The translations under genes were made by a program, and so were the position numbers. The notes below the pieces were generated by a model. That model was not told the origin of the DNA, ran no database searches, and saw only the letters and a list, made by a program, of their open reading frames with translations. A DNA stretch of 64,000 nucleotides, from NCBI GenBank assembly GCA_001800135.1, contig MGUU01000011.1:8842-72841 (forward strand), written 5' to 3'. This DNA is from Elusimicrobia bacterium RIFCSPLOWO2_02_FULL_39_32 (GTDB taxonomy: Bacteria > Elusimicrobiota > Elusimicrobia > 2-02-FULL-39-32). This document shows, piece by piece, positions 20,493 to 30,734 of this stretch; the first letter of the stretch is position 1; each line of letters starts with the position of its first letter.

Positions 20493-21230
20493 GAATGAAT
20501 TGCAGGTAGAATCCAGAGTAAGCGGGGTTACAGAAACAAAATGAGATTTTATCGCCTCAATATCCGTGCCTTTTTCCGGAATGCCTTTGGGCACATCTCC
20601 AGCTAACCAATAATAAGGATTTCCTCTCGGATCAATTCCAGAAGGAATTGCTTTTCCATAGACTCTCCTGCCTAATGAAGTAACCTTTAAAGATGAGTTG
20701 TGATTTAAGTTTGGAGGCACATTGACATTTAAAAACACTCTTGCTGGCAGCTTGTTCTTTAAAACTTTTTTTGCAATTTTATAGGCAATTTTAGCTGCCA
20801 TTAAAAAAGAAGGCTTAGAGTCTTTAGTGACTGAAATGGCAAAAGCAGGCACTCCTAACATGGCTCCCTGTCTTGCCACTGCCACAGTTCCAGAATAAAT
20901 GGTATCTTCCCCTAGGTTTGGTCCATTATTAATTCCGCCAATGACAAGATCTACTTTTTTATCTTTTAAGACCTGATGAATCCCAAATTTTACGCAATCA
21001 GATGGGGTTCCATTCGCTACATAAACATAAATCAGATCTTTAACGCCTAACTCTATGGGCATTCTCTGAACACGAAAAGGCTTATGCAAAGTAATGGAAT
21101 GACTCGCTGCAGAACGTTCACTATCCGGCACCACCACAATTACCTCTCCTAAGGGACGGATAGCTTTAATTAAAGTGTTTAAGCCAATCCCATAAATTCC
21201 ATCGTCATTTGAAATCAAAATTCTAGACAT
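20463..21230 (-). CDS. surE: 5'/3'-nucleotidase SurE
   Basis: ILISNDDG, SAASHSIT, GTPSDC, GINNGPNLG, YSGTV, NVNVP. Confidence 0.95.
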   Translation of the reverse strand: MSRILISNDDGIYGIGLNTLIKAIRPLGEVIVVVPDSERSAASHSITLHKPFRVQRMPIELGVKDLIYVYVANGTPSDCVKFGIHQVLKDKKVDLVIGGINNGPNLGEDTIYSGTVAVARQGAMLGVPAFAISVTKDSKPSFLMAAKIAYKIAKKVLKNKLPARVFLNVNVPPNLNHNSSLKVTSLGRRVYGKAIPSGIDPRGNPYYWLAGDVPKGIPEKGTDIEAIKSHFVSVTPLTLDSTCNSFLPELNSWKF

Positions 21231-21819
21231 AGTTTTTTAGAATTTCCTTTATTTTCATAAGAGCTATGGCCCGATGGCTTATTTTATTTTTTTCTTCCAG
21301 GGTGAGTTCAGCTAAAGTTTTTCCAAGTTTTGGAATATAAAAAATTGGATCATAACCAAAACCATGGTTCCCTTGAATCGTCTCTAAAATTTGGCCGGCA
21401 ATGGATCCTTCCACCATTTGTGTGCGTCCGGTTTCAGGGTTATGACAAGCGATAATAGAACGAAAACGCGCCTCCCTATCCCTGCCTTTTTTACCAGATA
21501 ATTTTTCAATTAATTTTTTGTTATTCTCCTCATAAGAACAGTTTTCACCCGCATAGCGCGCAGAAAAGACCCCGGGTTCTCCATTTAAAGAAAGGACTTC
21601 CAAACCAGTATCGTCCGCTAAAGTTAAAAGACCAGTTTTTTTTGCGTAAAATTTAGCTTTTTTTTCCGCATTTTCTTCTAAGGTATTATGGTTTTCCTCT
21701 ACTGGCGTAAGTTCTGGAAAATCCTTTAGAGTCTTTATCTCAAAAGAACATTCTAAAAGCAAATGAGAAATTTCATCTATTTTATGAGGGTTATGAGTGC
21801 CTAAAACAATTGGTTTCAA
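21223..21819 (-). CDS. rdgB: non-canonical purine NTP pyrophosphatase (RdgB/HAM1)
   Basis: THNPHK, ENAEKKA, DDTGL, PGVFSAR, GFGYDPIF, KNKISHR. Confidence 0.95.
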   Translation of the reverse strand: MKPIVLGTHNPHKIDEISHLLLECSFEIKTLKDFPELTPVEENHNTLEENAEKKAKFYAKKTGLLTLADDTGLEVLSLNGEPGVFSARYAGENCSYEENNKKLIEKLSGKKGRDREARFRSIIACHNPETGRTQMVEGSIAGQILETIQGNHGFGYDPIFYIPKLGKTLAELTLEEKNKISHRAIALMKIKEILKNYV

Positions 21820-21820
21820 T

Positions 21821-24097
21821 TTAATAATTTTGTTTTTGCTTTAAAAGATTAAGAGCAGATCCAGCTTTAAACCATTCAATCTGTTCTTCTGTTAAACTAT
21901 GTTTTAACTGAATTTTCACTGTGGAGCCATTCGCATGATGGATCACTGCGCTGATCTCTTTTTGAGGCGCTAAATTTTTAAGACCAAGAATACTGATGCG
22001 GTCCTGTTCTTCAATTTGATCGTAATCTATAGGATTGACAAAAGTTAAAGCTAAAACCCCCTGTTTTTTTAAATTAGTCTCATGAATACGGGCAAAACTG
22101 CGCGCAATGATGGCTGCAGCTCCTAAATAGCGCGGAGACATCGCTGCATGTTCACGGCTCGATCCTTCTCCATAATTTTCATCTCCAATCGCTACCCACC
22201 TTAATCCTTTTGTTTTATAAGCACGGGCAATTTTTGGCAACTCTACCTCTTTTTCTCCTGTAAACGCGTTCGTGCCTTTGCCAGCCTGTTTGCTAAATGC
22301 ATTGACAGCTCCTAAAAAAAGGTTATCGCTAATTTTATCTAAATGTCCTCTATATTTAAGCCACGGGCCTGCTTGAGAAATATGATCTGTAGTGCATTTG
22401 CCTTTAGCTTTTAAAAGAATGGGAAGTTCAATCCAATCTTTCCCATCCCATTGAGAAAAAGGATCTAAAAGTTGCAACCGCTCACTTTTAGGATTTACTT
22501 CAATCTGGATTGATTCTCCATTCTCTGCTGGAGCGATATACCCTTCCATAGGAGAAATAAAACCTCTTTGAGGTAGATCCTCTGCTTTTTTGGGAGGGGC
22601 CAACTTTACTTTTCTTCCATCTTGACCTTCAAGAAAATCAGTCAGCGGATTAAAACTTAATCGCCCGCTCAAACCCAGCGCTACTACCAACTCAGGACTG
22701 CCAATAAAAGACATGGTCTCAGAATTTCCATCGTTTCTTTTTGGAAAATTCCGATTAAAAGATGTGACGATAGAATTCCTTTCTCCTGATTTAATATCAT
22801 CTCTTTTCCATTGGCCAATACATGGGCCGCACGCATTTGCTAAAACATTCCCGCCGACTTCTTCTAAAGCCTTTACCTGTCCATCCCGTTTAACAGTTTC
22901 AAAAATCTGATCTGAACCCGGAGTAACTAAAAACTGCACTGCCATTTTAATCCCATGAGACTTTGCCTGCAAAGCTATATCTGCTGCGCGGCTTAAATCC
23001 TCATAGGAAGAATTAGTACAGCTGCCAATAAGAGCAGCGGAAATTTTTTCAGGATAATTTTTCTCTTTAACTTCTTTGGCAAAACAAGAGATGGGTCTGG
23101 CTAAATCCGGCGTGTGCGGTCCAACAATGTGCGGCTCTAATTCAGAAAGATTAATCTCAACAACCTTTTCATAATATTTTTCTGGACTCTCTTCCACTTC
23201 TTTATCAGCTCTAAGCAATTCCTTTTTTTCTTCTGCGCAATCCGCAATTTCAGATCGTTTGGTAGCCCTTAAATAACCAGCCATACGCTCATCATATGGA
23301 AATAGTGAGGTTGTAGCGCCCAGTTCCGCGCCCATATTAGTAATGGTGGCTTTGCCTGTACAACTTATGGAATAGGTTCCAGGTCCAAAATATTCAATAA
23401 TCTTGTTTGTCCCGCCTTTTGTAGTAAGAAGCCCGCAAAGAACAAGAATCACATCTTTAGGAGAAGCCCAGCCTTTTAATTCTCCTGTAAGTTTTACTCC
23501 AATGAGTGTTGGATGTTTTACCTCCCAAGGAATGCCAGCCATCACATCTACCGCATCTGCTCCACCCACGCCCACTGCAATCATCCCCAGACCGCCGGCA
23601 TTGGGTGTGTGGGAATCAGTTCCAATCATAAGTCCGCCAGGAAAAGCATAATTTTCCAAAACCACCTGATGAATAATACCAGCTCCCGGCTGCCAAAAAC
23701 CAATGCCATATTTATTAGAAGCGGATCTTAAAAAATCATACACCTCCTTATTTTCTTTTATTGCAGTTTGCATATCCTTCTGGGCGCCCACATAAGCGCG
23801 AATTAGGTGGTCACAATGCACTGTGGTAGGAACACTCACTCTCTTTATATGGCTTTGAGCGAATTGTAAAAGAGCCATCTGGGCAGTGGCATCCTGCATG
23901 GCGATCCTGTCCGGCCTTAAACTTAAAATTCCTTCTCCTGGTTTAAATCTTTGAGATTTAGGATTATCTAAATGGGAAAAAAGATTTTTTTCCGCTAAAG
24001 TCAGGGCTCTTTTTAAACGATTGCGCACAATGGAAAGATTCCTCTCCATTTGAGAATAAATTCTTTCAATGTTGTTCCGATCAAGCTCTATCTTCAT
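21821..24097 (-). CDS. aconitate hydratase (mitochondrial-type)
   Basis: QDATAQMA, HCDH, DSHT, GSCTNSSYED, CGPCIG, SFNRNF, TTDHIS, GSSREHAA. Confidence 0.95.
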   Translation of the reverse strand: MKIELDRNNIERIYSQMERNLSIVRNRLKRALTLAEKNLFSHLDNPKSQRFKPGEGILSLRPDRIAMQDATAQMALLQFAQSHIKRVSVPTTVHCDHLIRAYVGAQKDMQTAIKENKEVYDFLRSASNKYGIGFWQPGAGIIHQVVLENYAFPGGLMIGTDSHTPNAGGLGMIAVGVGGADAVDVMAGIPWEVKHPTLIGVKLTGELKGWASPKDVILVLCGLLTTKGGTNKIIEYFGPGTYSISCTGKATITNMGAELGATTSLFPYDERMAGYLRATKRSEIADCAEEKKELLRADKEVEESPEKYYEKVVEINLSELEPHIVGPHTPDLARPISCFAKEVKEKNYPEKISAALIGSCTNSSYEDLSRAADIALQAKSHGIKMAVQFLVTPGSDQIFETVKRDGQVKALEEVGGNVLANACGPCIGQWKRDDIKSGERNSIVTSFNRNFPKRNDGNSETMSFIGSPELVVALGLSGRLSFNPLTDFLEGQDGRKVKLAPPKKAEDLPQRGFISPMEGYIAPAENGESIQIEVNPKSERLQLLDPFSQWDGKDWIELPILLKAKGKCTTDHISQAGPWLKYRGHLDKISDNLFLGAVNAFSKQAGKGTNAFTGEKEVELPKIARAYKTKGLRWVAIGDENYGEGSSREHAAMSPRYLGAAAIIARSFARIHETNLKKQGVLALTFVNPIDYDQIEEQDRISILGLKNLAPQKEISAVIHHANGSTVKIQLKHSLTEEQIEWFKAGSALNLLKQKQNY

Positions 24098-24246
24098 CTT
24101 TTAGCTTGCTCCCCCCCTCCCTAACATGAAAATGCCAAATAAGTTTAACACACAAACCAAACTTTCTCAAGGGTCTTAAAAATTCTTACAGACAATCTAA
24201 ATAATTTCTTGAAAAACTTATTAAAAATTATATCAATTTAAGCAGA

Positions 24247-24275
24247 TTGACTTGAAGAGTAAAGAATCTTATAAT
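24247..24275 (+). promoter_or_regulatory. sigma70 promoter of greA
   Basis: TTGACT-17-TATAAT, 9 nt before ATG 24285; no SD. Confidence 0.7.
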
Positions 24276-24284
24276 TTTAAAATT

Positions 24285-24755
24285 ATGGGAACAGAAACAT
24301 ATTTAAGCAGAGAAGGGTATGAAAAACTTAGGAAAGATATGGAGAATCTCCAGGAAGAAAAACGCCATCTTTCCCACATGATTGGGGAAGCTAGAGAGCA
24401 GGGAGATTTAAAAGAAAATGCTGGTTACCAATATGCTCGGGAAAAACAGGCGGAAGTGATGCGGAGAATCATGGAGTTGCAACAAAAGCTAAGCAATGTG
24501 CGCCTGATTGAAGAGACTAAAATCGCAAAGGATGAGGTGCGCATTGGAGCAAAGGTTACCTTACAAACCATTCCCTCTAAAGATGAATTCTCTTATATGT
24601 TTGTAGGCCAAGAAGAGTCTGATCCTTCTCAAGGGAAACTTTCTGTTCACTCGCCCCTAGGAGAAGGGCTTCTAGGACACAAAGTTGGAGAAACAGTTTC
24701 AGTACAGTTGCCAGCTGGCAAAAAAGAATTTAAAATCATTAAAATAGAAAGATAA
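24285..24755 (+). CDS. greA: transcription elongation factor GreA
   Basis: AREQGDLKENAGY, SPLGEGLLG, GETV.V.LPAG. Confidence 0.93.
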   Translation: MGTETYLSREGYEKLRKDMENLQEEKRHLSHMIGEAREQGDLKENAGYQYAREKQAEVMRRIMELQQKLSNVRLIEETKIAKDEVRIGAKVTLQTIPSKDEFSYMFVGQEESDPSQGKLSVHSPLGEGLLGHKVGETVSVQLPAGKKEFKIIKIER

Positions 24756-24811
24756 GCATTCAAGAAGTAAACGTCCTTGCGAGAAGTTGCACACAAGGAG
24801 AGGATATGAGA

Positions 24812-25516
24812 TTATAAAGCAAATTTCAGCCTCCATACTATCCAAAGAGCTTCCCAAACCACTCGTCTTGAAATTTTAGATTGTCCTCGGGTACGATCCT
24901 TAAAAGTAATGGGTATTTCTTTTACCTTAAATCCATTTTGAATCGCTTTATAGGTTGTTTCAATCTGAAAAGCATAACCATCAGAAAGTATCTTTTCTAA
25001 ATTAAAGGATTCTATTACCTTTTTTTTAAAAACTTTGAAACCAGTAGTAAAATCCTGAATCTCCATGCCTAAAACAGTGCGCGCATAAAAACTACCAAAT
25101 GAGCTTACCCACAACCTAACCCACGGCCAATTCTGTATGGTTCCTCCATCCACATAGCGTGAACCCAAAGCAAAATCGCACATGGGCATTGCGTCTAATA
25201 ACTTATTTAAGTCAGAAGGATCATGAGAAAAATCTGAATCCATCTGAATAATAATTTCATAATTTTTCTCTAAAGCCCACTTAAATCCCGCAACATAAGC
25301 AGAACCCAATCCCATTTTGTGAGGGCGGTGCAGTACAAAAATAGAAGGGTGCTCTTTAGCCATCTGCTCTACAATAAAACCTGTATTGTCCGGGGAGTTA
25401 TCATCAATCACTAACACGTCAGCCTTAACTCTAGATAAAAGTTGGGAAATAAAAAGAATAATATTATCTTTCTCATTATAGGTCGGCAAAATAATTAGAT
25501 TTCGATTAGATATCAT
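24812..25516 (-). CDS. polyprenol-monophosphomannose synthase-like GT2 glycosyltransferase
   Basis: LPTYNE, DDNSPD, GLGSAY, QMDSDFSH, GSRY, GYAFQIE, F.DR..G.SK. Confidence 0.88.
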   Translation of the reverse strand: MISNRNLIILPTYNEKDNIILFISQLLSRVKADVLVIDDNSPDNTGFIVEQMAKEHPSIFVLHRPHKMGLGSAYVAGFKWALEKNYEIIIQMDSDFSHDPSDLNKLLDAMPMCDFALGSRYVDGGTIQNWPWVRLWVSSFGSFYARTVLGMEIQDFTTGFKVFKKKVIESFNLEKILSDGYAFQIETTYKAIQNGFKVKEIPITFKDRTRGQSKISRRVVWEALWIVWRLKFAL

Positions 25517-26942
25517 AAAATTCAATCTGAAACGCAATAAAAAGCGCCATAAGAATAAAATAAGCTGCTACGGAAAATAACATTGAATAAGAAACTATTT
25601 TTTTTGGTTTAAGAAAAAAACAAACCTTTGGCAAATAAAAATGATTTAAAATCAAAACAGCCGCAGAAAAAATAACTGTTCCCACAAATCCAATCACTGC
25701 TGAAGTTATAATCAATGCTCCGGGTTGATTTAAGAATATTGTAATTGAAGTAATGGCTGTTGCAATCACTAGGAAAGAGTAATACCAAAATCTGGGAGTG
25801 CGGATTCTTGCTCTAGGAAAAAGCCCATAAACAATATCTGTATTCACTCTGGAGACCGCATCCGCTGTTGCCAGCCATGTATCTGAAAGAAAAGCTGCGG
25901 ATATCATAAGAAAAAGGATTCGGCCAAAGCTTCCCCATGAGATTTCAAAAAATTTTGCCTGAACCACAGCTATTTCCCACTCTTTTGGCAAAATATTCTC
26001 TGGAAAAAGAAGCGCGTAAGCTAATAAACAGGTAAAAAGAGTAGTGATTAAATTCCCAACGACTCCAATGCCGCAATCCACAAATAAAAAGGAAAGCCAT
26101 TGTTTTATATTGCGCCGGTTTTCTAAGGTGTCTTCAGGGATAAAACCAGTTTCTGGAATAACTTCCAGTTTACCAGTTATGGGACTGGTAATACGTCCAA
26201 AATAGCGGCTCATGCCTGTTCCTTTTTCTCTAAGCCAATAGGAATAAAAGAGCGTCCAAAAACCTCCTAACCCCGCAAAAGTGATGGCTGTTAAAAGTTT
26301 AGTCGCATCTTTAGTTTCCCAAATTCTATCCACAGGCCATTCTGGAATAAAAAGAGCTGAAGAAAATTCAGGAATCTTTTGTAAAACTTGCGGATGACTT
26401 ATGGAAAAGGTAAGTCCAAGCAAAGTAATGAATGCAACTAAAGTCATAAATTTTTCCACAATATTATAAACCACTTTGCTAAAAGTAAGCGCGCTAAAAA
26501 AAAGAATCATGGTGCAAAGTCCCCAAAATAGAGATTGTCCCCTGGGTGAGAAACTAGAAGGAAAATGAGTGAGAGCAGCGAGCGCTGTTCCTCCGGCAGA
26601 AGCAAAACCTCCAAACCATAAAAAAGAAAGGAGCATGAGCAGCCATAAAAAAAACGCAAAAAAACGGTTTAAACGGATAAACCCTTGCCAGATGGTTTCA
26701 CCGGTTAAAACTGTATAACGGCCTATTTCATAATTTAAAGGAAATTGCAAAAGACAGGCAGGAATTAATAAAAATAAAAATCCCAATCCATATTTAGCAA
26801 CAATATAAGGCCACCAGATAAGCTCTCCGCTCCCTTGAGCAAGAGCCATCCAAATAATTCCAGGACCTAAAGCTTTTATCCATCCAGAAAACTGTGGGAA
26901 TGGTTTTAAACTAAGCGGCTTAGTTAAACAGGATACTGCCAT
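25506..26942 (-). CDS. Nramp-superfamily membrane transporter
   Basis: LGPGII...QGSGELIWWP, EIGRYT..TGE, about 11 TM segments; start overlaps ispG stop. Confidence 0.75.
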   Translation of the reverse strand: MAVSCLTKPLSLKPFPQFSGWIKALGPGIIWMALAQGSGELIWWPYIVAKYGLGFLFLLIPACLLQFPLNYEIGRYTVLTGETIWQGFIRLNRFFAFFLWLLMLLSFLWFGGFASAGGTALAALTHFPSSFSPRGQSLFWGLCTMILFFSALTFSKVVYNIVEKFMTLVAFITLLGLTFSISHPQVLQKIPEFSSALFIPEWPVDRIWETKDATKLLTAITFAGLGGFWTLFYSYWLREKGTGMSRYFGRITSPITGKLEVIPETGFIPEDTLENRRNIKQWLSFLFVDCGIGVVGNLITTLFTCLLAYALLFPENILPKEWEIAVVQAKFFEISWGSFGRILFLMISAAFLSDTWLATADAVSRVNTDIVYGLFPRARIRTPRFWYYSFLVIATAITSITIFLNQPGALIITSAVIGFVGTVIFSAAVLILNHFYLPKVCFFLKPKKIVSYSMLFSVAAYFILMALFIAFQIEFYDI

Positions 26943-29065
26943 TTACCGTGTTGTTTGATCAGTTCAATTAATTTTTGATCCGCAATCTCAAAATCTATGC
27001 CTTTTTCCACACATTCTTTACCCACATAAAGATTGATTTTACCCGGAGCTCCTCCTACATAACCAAAATCCGCGTCTGCCATTTCCCCGGGACCATTGAC
27101 AATGCAACCCATGATCGCGATTTTTACTCCCTTTAAATGGCCTGTTTTAGAACGAATTCTTTCTGTAGTAGTTTGTAAATCAAAAAGAGTTCTCCCGCAA
27201 GAAGGGCAAGAAACATATTCTGTTTTTGTAATACGCACACCGCTGGCTTGCAAAATATTATAAAGAAGTTCCAAATCCTGTTTGGGACTAAGGCCTGTTC
27301 CAGCTTGCACGCTATCCCCAATTCCATCGCAAAGCAAAGAGCCTAAAGCAATGGAAGAATGAATCCTATAGTCATCAAAGGCTTCATCTTTTATAGGCTG
27401 CACTTGCAAATGTAAGGGATAATCTTTATTTTTTTCTTTAAGTTTTGCAGCTAAATAACGGACATTTTGAATAAATTGTGAACGATCCGATAAACTAAAA
27501 CAAAGAATAAGATTTTCTAAACCCAGTTCTTCGCACCATTGAATTCCGTTCAGCATGTTATGAGCTGGAGTTAGATGGCCTGTTAGGGGAAGTTTTTGTG
27601 GATCATTGCAAAGAACAGCTTCTAACAAAATAGGAATATTTTTTTTCTTAAGTTTTTGAGCAAAATTAATAAATTTAGATTTTCTGGTTTGAGAATCATC
27701 TCCCAAACCATATTTAAAACTTGCGCATTCAACCAAATCCAAACCTCTTTCCAGACAATCTAAAGAATTCTCAAACCTTCCTAAAAAAGCAAGGCGATTG
27801 GTTTCCTCTGCAAGATGTTTTCTACAACTCTCTAATATTTCCAGATCCTGTTGGCTGCGAATCGTCCATTGGATAATTTCTGGAGAAACTGTTTTAGTGT
27901 TAGCCAACTGTTCTTCCAAGAGATGAATTAAACTTTCAGAAATTGAATGACCGCTTCTTTGTTCTAAATCTAAATAAGGAGAAAAATCTGAAATCACTCT
28001 TACTAAATTTTCTCCTCCTAAACGAAATGGGCCAATTTTAATGACCTTAGTTTTTCTCTTAGTATAATGATAAAGATTGTCCACATATAAAACAGGATGA
28101 GATAGCTTTAAAACACTATTCTGGTCGGGCCGTTTCTGATAAAAACTTGCGATTTGCATACAAACTGGAATTTCCAGTTCAGGTTCTTCTGTTAAAGAAA
28201 CTCGAATAGTATCTCCAATGCCATCTTCTAACAAGCTGCCAATGCCAATAGCAGATTTTATTCTTCCATCTTCCCCATCCCCTGCTTCTGTAACGCCTAA
28301 ATGAAATGGATAGCTCATGCCCAGCTCATGCATTCTGGCGCTGAGTAAGCGGTAAGCAGCAATCATCACTTTTGGATTTGAAGATTTCATGGAAAGGATA
28401 ATCTCGTAAAATCCATTTTTTTCACAAATTTGAACAAACTCAAGAGCAGATTGAACCATTCCCTCTGGCGTATCTCCATAACGATTCATGATTCGATCTG
28501 AAAGAGAACCATGATTTGTTCCGATCCTTAAAGACCTACCCAGTTTTTTAAGTTTTAATACTAAGGGAGTAAATCTTTCTTCTATTCGAGACAATTCTTT
28601 AAGATATTCTTCATCCGTATATTCTTTTACTTTAAAAATTTTAGAATCCACATAATTGCCTGGATTAATCCTTACTTTTTCCACATGTTCTGCTGCTTCC
28701 ATAGCAGCAGCAGGTAAAAAATGAATATCCGCAACCAAAGGAACTTTTATTCCTTTTTCCAATAACTGTTTTTTTATATTTTTTAGATTTTTTGCGTCAT
28801 CTACCGTTGGGGCAGTAATTCGCACAATCTCACACCCTGCTTTTACCAAACGGATAGATTGCGCCACAGTAGCTTCTGTATCTAAGGTGCGCGTGGTGGT
28901 CATGGATTGAAGACGAATGGGATTAGAGCCCCCCACACCCACATCTCCTACTTTAACTTCTCTGGTTTTTCTACGATGATAAGAATAGAAATCTTTAGAG
29001 TGGATTAGGCCCGAATCCTGAAAAATTAAGGATTCTTTATAATTTTCAACTTCTGGAAGAGGCAT
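26924..29065 (-). CDS. ispG: (E)-4-hydroxy-3-methylbut-2-enyl-diphosphate synthase, long three-domain form
   Basis: QSMT, PLVADIHF, RINPGN, RIGTNHGSL, HLGVTEAG, GDTIRVSL, CPSCGR, MGCIVNGPGE; ATG 29065 lies 9 nt after TATAAT. Confidence 0.95.
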   Translation of the reverse strand: MPLPEVENYKESLIFQDSGLIHSKDFYSYHRRKTREVKVGDVGVGGSNPIRLQSMTTTRTLDTEATVAQSIRLVKAGCEIVRITAPTVDDAKNLKNIKKQLLEKGIKVPLVADIHFLPAAAMEAAEHVEKVRINPGNYVDSKIFKVKEYTDEEYLKELSRIEERFTPLVLKLKKLGRSLRIGTNHGSLSDRIMNRYGDTPEGMVQSALEFVQICEKNGFYEIILSMKSSNPKVMIAAYRLLSARMHELGMSYPFHLGVTEAGDGEDGRIKSAIGIGSLLEDGIGDTIRVSLTEEPELEIPVCMQIASFYQKRPDQNSVLKLSHPVLYVDNLYHYTKRKTKVIKIGPFRLGGENLVRVISDFSPYLDLEQRSGHSISESLIHLLEEQLANTKTVSPEIIQWTIRSQQDLEILESCRKHLAEETNRLAFLGRFENSLDCLERGLDLVECASFKYGLGDDSQTRKSKFINFAQKLKKKNIPILLEAVLCNDPQKLPLTGHLTPAHNMLNGIQWCEELGLENLILCFSLSDRSQFIQNVRYLAAKLKEKNKDYPLHLQVQPIKDEAFDDYRIHSSIALGSLLCDGIGDSVQAGTGLSPKQDLELLYNILQASGVRITKTEYVSCPSCGRTLFDLQTTTERIRSKTGHLKGVKIAIMGCIVNGPGEMADADFGYVGGAPGKINLYVGKECVEKGIDFEIADQKLIELIKQHGKWQYPV

Positions 29066-29139
29066 ATAAATATTATTATACATGAATCCTACTATGGTTT
29101 AAAATCTGTAGGTAACAGATTAGAATTCAAAAAAGTGGA

Positions 29140-29742
29140 TTACTTTTGTGATTGGCTTTTTTCTGAGATGGATTTAGCTATTCTTTTAACTGCCTTATTC
29201 AGACGATCTTCAGCCGTAGGAGAGGTCATGGCTAAAACAACTCCTAATGGCCAAAAAAAACTAATAGGCCATTTAATCGGATGCCATCCTAAGGTATAGG
29301 TTGCGGTCCAATCCACTGTGGCAGTGTCAGTGCGAACCATGCGGGCAGTGACTGTGGCTTTTGCAGGCGGGAAAATAAGAAAATTTCTTTGTTTATATTC
29401 TGTTACTGCGCCAATAACCAGCGCGTTAGCTCCCAAAAGTTTCCCAAGGTTAGAGGCAGTTTCAGCATCTATAGCTCCAGTAACTCCAAGATTTTGTTCT
29501 TTAACAATCTGTTCTAAAGCGCCCCGTTCTATTATTTCATAAGCAGGCACTTGTAAAAGGTAGGTGGTCATAGCTTCCATGGCGGATCCTCCGCTTCCCG
29601 GAGCTCCTGGCGCATCTTTAAATGGCAACACTGCTACTCGAATTTTTTCTCCTGGTTGAGGGCTATGTTTAATAATAATTTGCGGCTTGGTACAGGCTGT
29701 AAAAAAAGAAAATGTCAGCAGTAATATAAATATTTTTTTCAT
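29140..29742 (-). CDS. CsgG/HfaB-like lipoprotein
   Basis: Lipobox FTAC; VAVLPF, IIERGALEQIVKEQ, LGKLLGANALVIGAV, ARMV. Confidence 0.7.
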   Translation of the reverse strand: MKKIFILLLTFSFFTACTKPQIIIKHSPQPGEKIRVAVLPFKDAPGAPGSGGSAMEAMTTYLLQVPAYEIIERGALEQIVKEQNLGVTGAIDAETASNLGKLLGANALVIGAVTEYKQRNFLIFPPAKATVTARMVRTDTATVDWTATYTLGWHPIKWPISFFWPLGVVLAMTSPTAEDRLNKAVKRIAKSISEKSQSQK

Positions 29743-29762
29743 GTTAGGTTAGATTGTACTAC

Positions 29763-30707
29763 TTATAATTTTGTCATATCAAACAACTTTGTAGCTTGAG
29801 CTCCAAGAAAACCTTCAAAACGTTCCATTTTTTCTGTAACGGGATTTTTAAAAAATGGTCTTTCTGCTATTTCAAAATAAGCATAGCTCCAAGGAAGTGC
29901 GACTATTTTTGAACCTTCTCTTACTTTTGCATCAATCACTACAGACTCTGTAGAACTCTGACGCAGTTTTGTGCCTCTTTCTCCTTCAATTTCCTTTTTC
30001 ATTGGGATGCCGCAATTCCTCATCTCTGCTACAACCTTCTCAATATCATCTAGCGCAGGGACTTCATGAGAATTTACTAAAGCTGTAAAATGATTGACAT
30101 CATAGCCATTAACTAAAACCCAAGCCCCATATTGTGTTTCCTGATTCAAGGTTAAAACCTGCTCTTTATTTGGCAAACCCCAAGGGAGCTTTTCAAAATA
30201 TTTAGAACATAATCTTAAAAGCCTTTTTCTTTCTTCGTCAGATATCTGGATAAGATGAGCCAATGCTCTGATATTTTCATCGCTAAAAATTCTGTCATGA
30301 TTTTTTAAAACCTTCTGAATTATTTTCTGGGATGGCAATGAAAGTTCCCAACTTTTTAACTCTGTTATGAACAGTTTAGGAAACTCAAGATTCGCATGTT
30401 CAAAATGAATAGAACTTAAACTTTTATCTGGGAATTCATAACAAGCTATTGGGCGGTATCCTAAAGCCTCAAAAATTCTAGAGATACAAAAAATTCCCAG
30501 AGCTGGCTTTTCTAAAGCGATGGTTCTAAAAGCGATATGATCATTTCTGAATTTTGCTCCATATTTAAGTATCATCTCTTCATACTTGCGCACATATTCC
30601 ATTCTCCCCCTATACCGCTGCCAGAGAGTATCAAAAAGATCAATCAAAAATTTTTCTTTTTGATCCTGCACCTGAATGGAACAATGAGGGGCATGCAAAG
30701 CTGTCAT
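29763..30707 (-). CDS. DUF1338 family 2-oxoadipate dioxygenase/decarboxylase (HglS-like)
   Basis: NDHIAFRT, PKLFITEL, YGAWV...NHFT, LRQSS, YFEIAER, FEGF..QA..LF; next to lysine catabolic genes. Confidence 0.8.
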   Translation of the reverse strand: MTALHAPHCSIQVQDQKEKFLIDLFDTLWQRYRGRMEYVRKYEEMILKYGAKFRNDHIAFRTIALEKPALGIFCISRIFEALGYRPIACYEFPDKSLSSIHFEHANLEFPKLFITELKSWELSLPSQKIIQKVLKNHDRIFSDENIRALAHLIQISDEERKRLLRLCSKYFEKLPWGLPNKEQVLTLNQETQYGAWVLVNGYDVNHFTALVNSHEVPALDDIEKVVAEMRNCGIPMKKEIEGERGTKLRQSSTESVVIDAKVREGSKIVALPWSYAYFEIAERPFFKNPVTEKMERFEGFLGAQATKLFDMTKL

Positions 30708-30734
30708 GTTTCCTCTCCTTTCAATTATTTTTTC

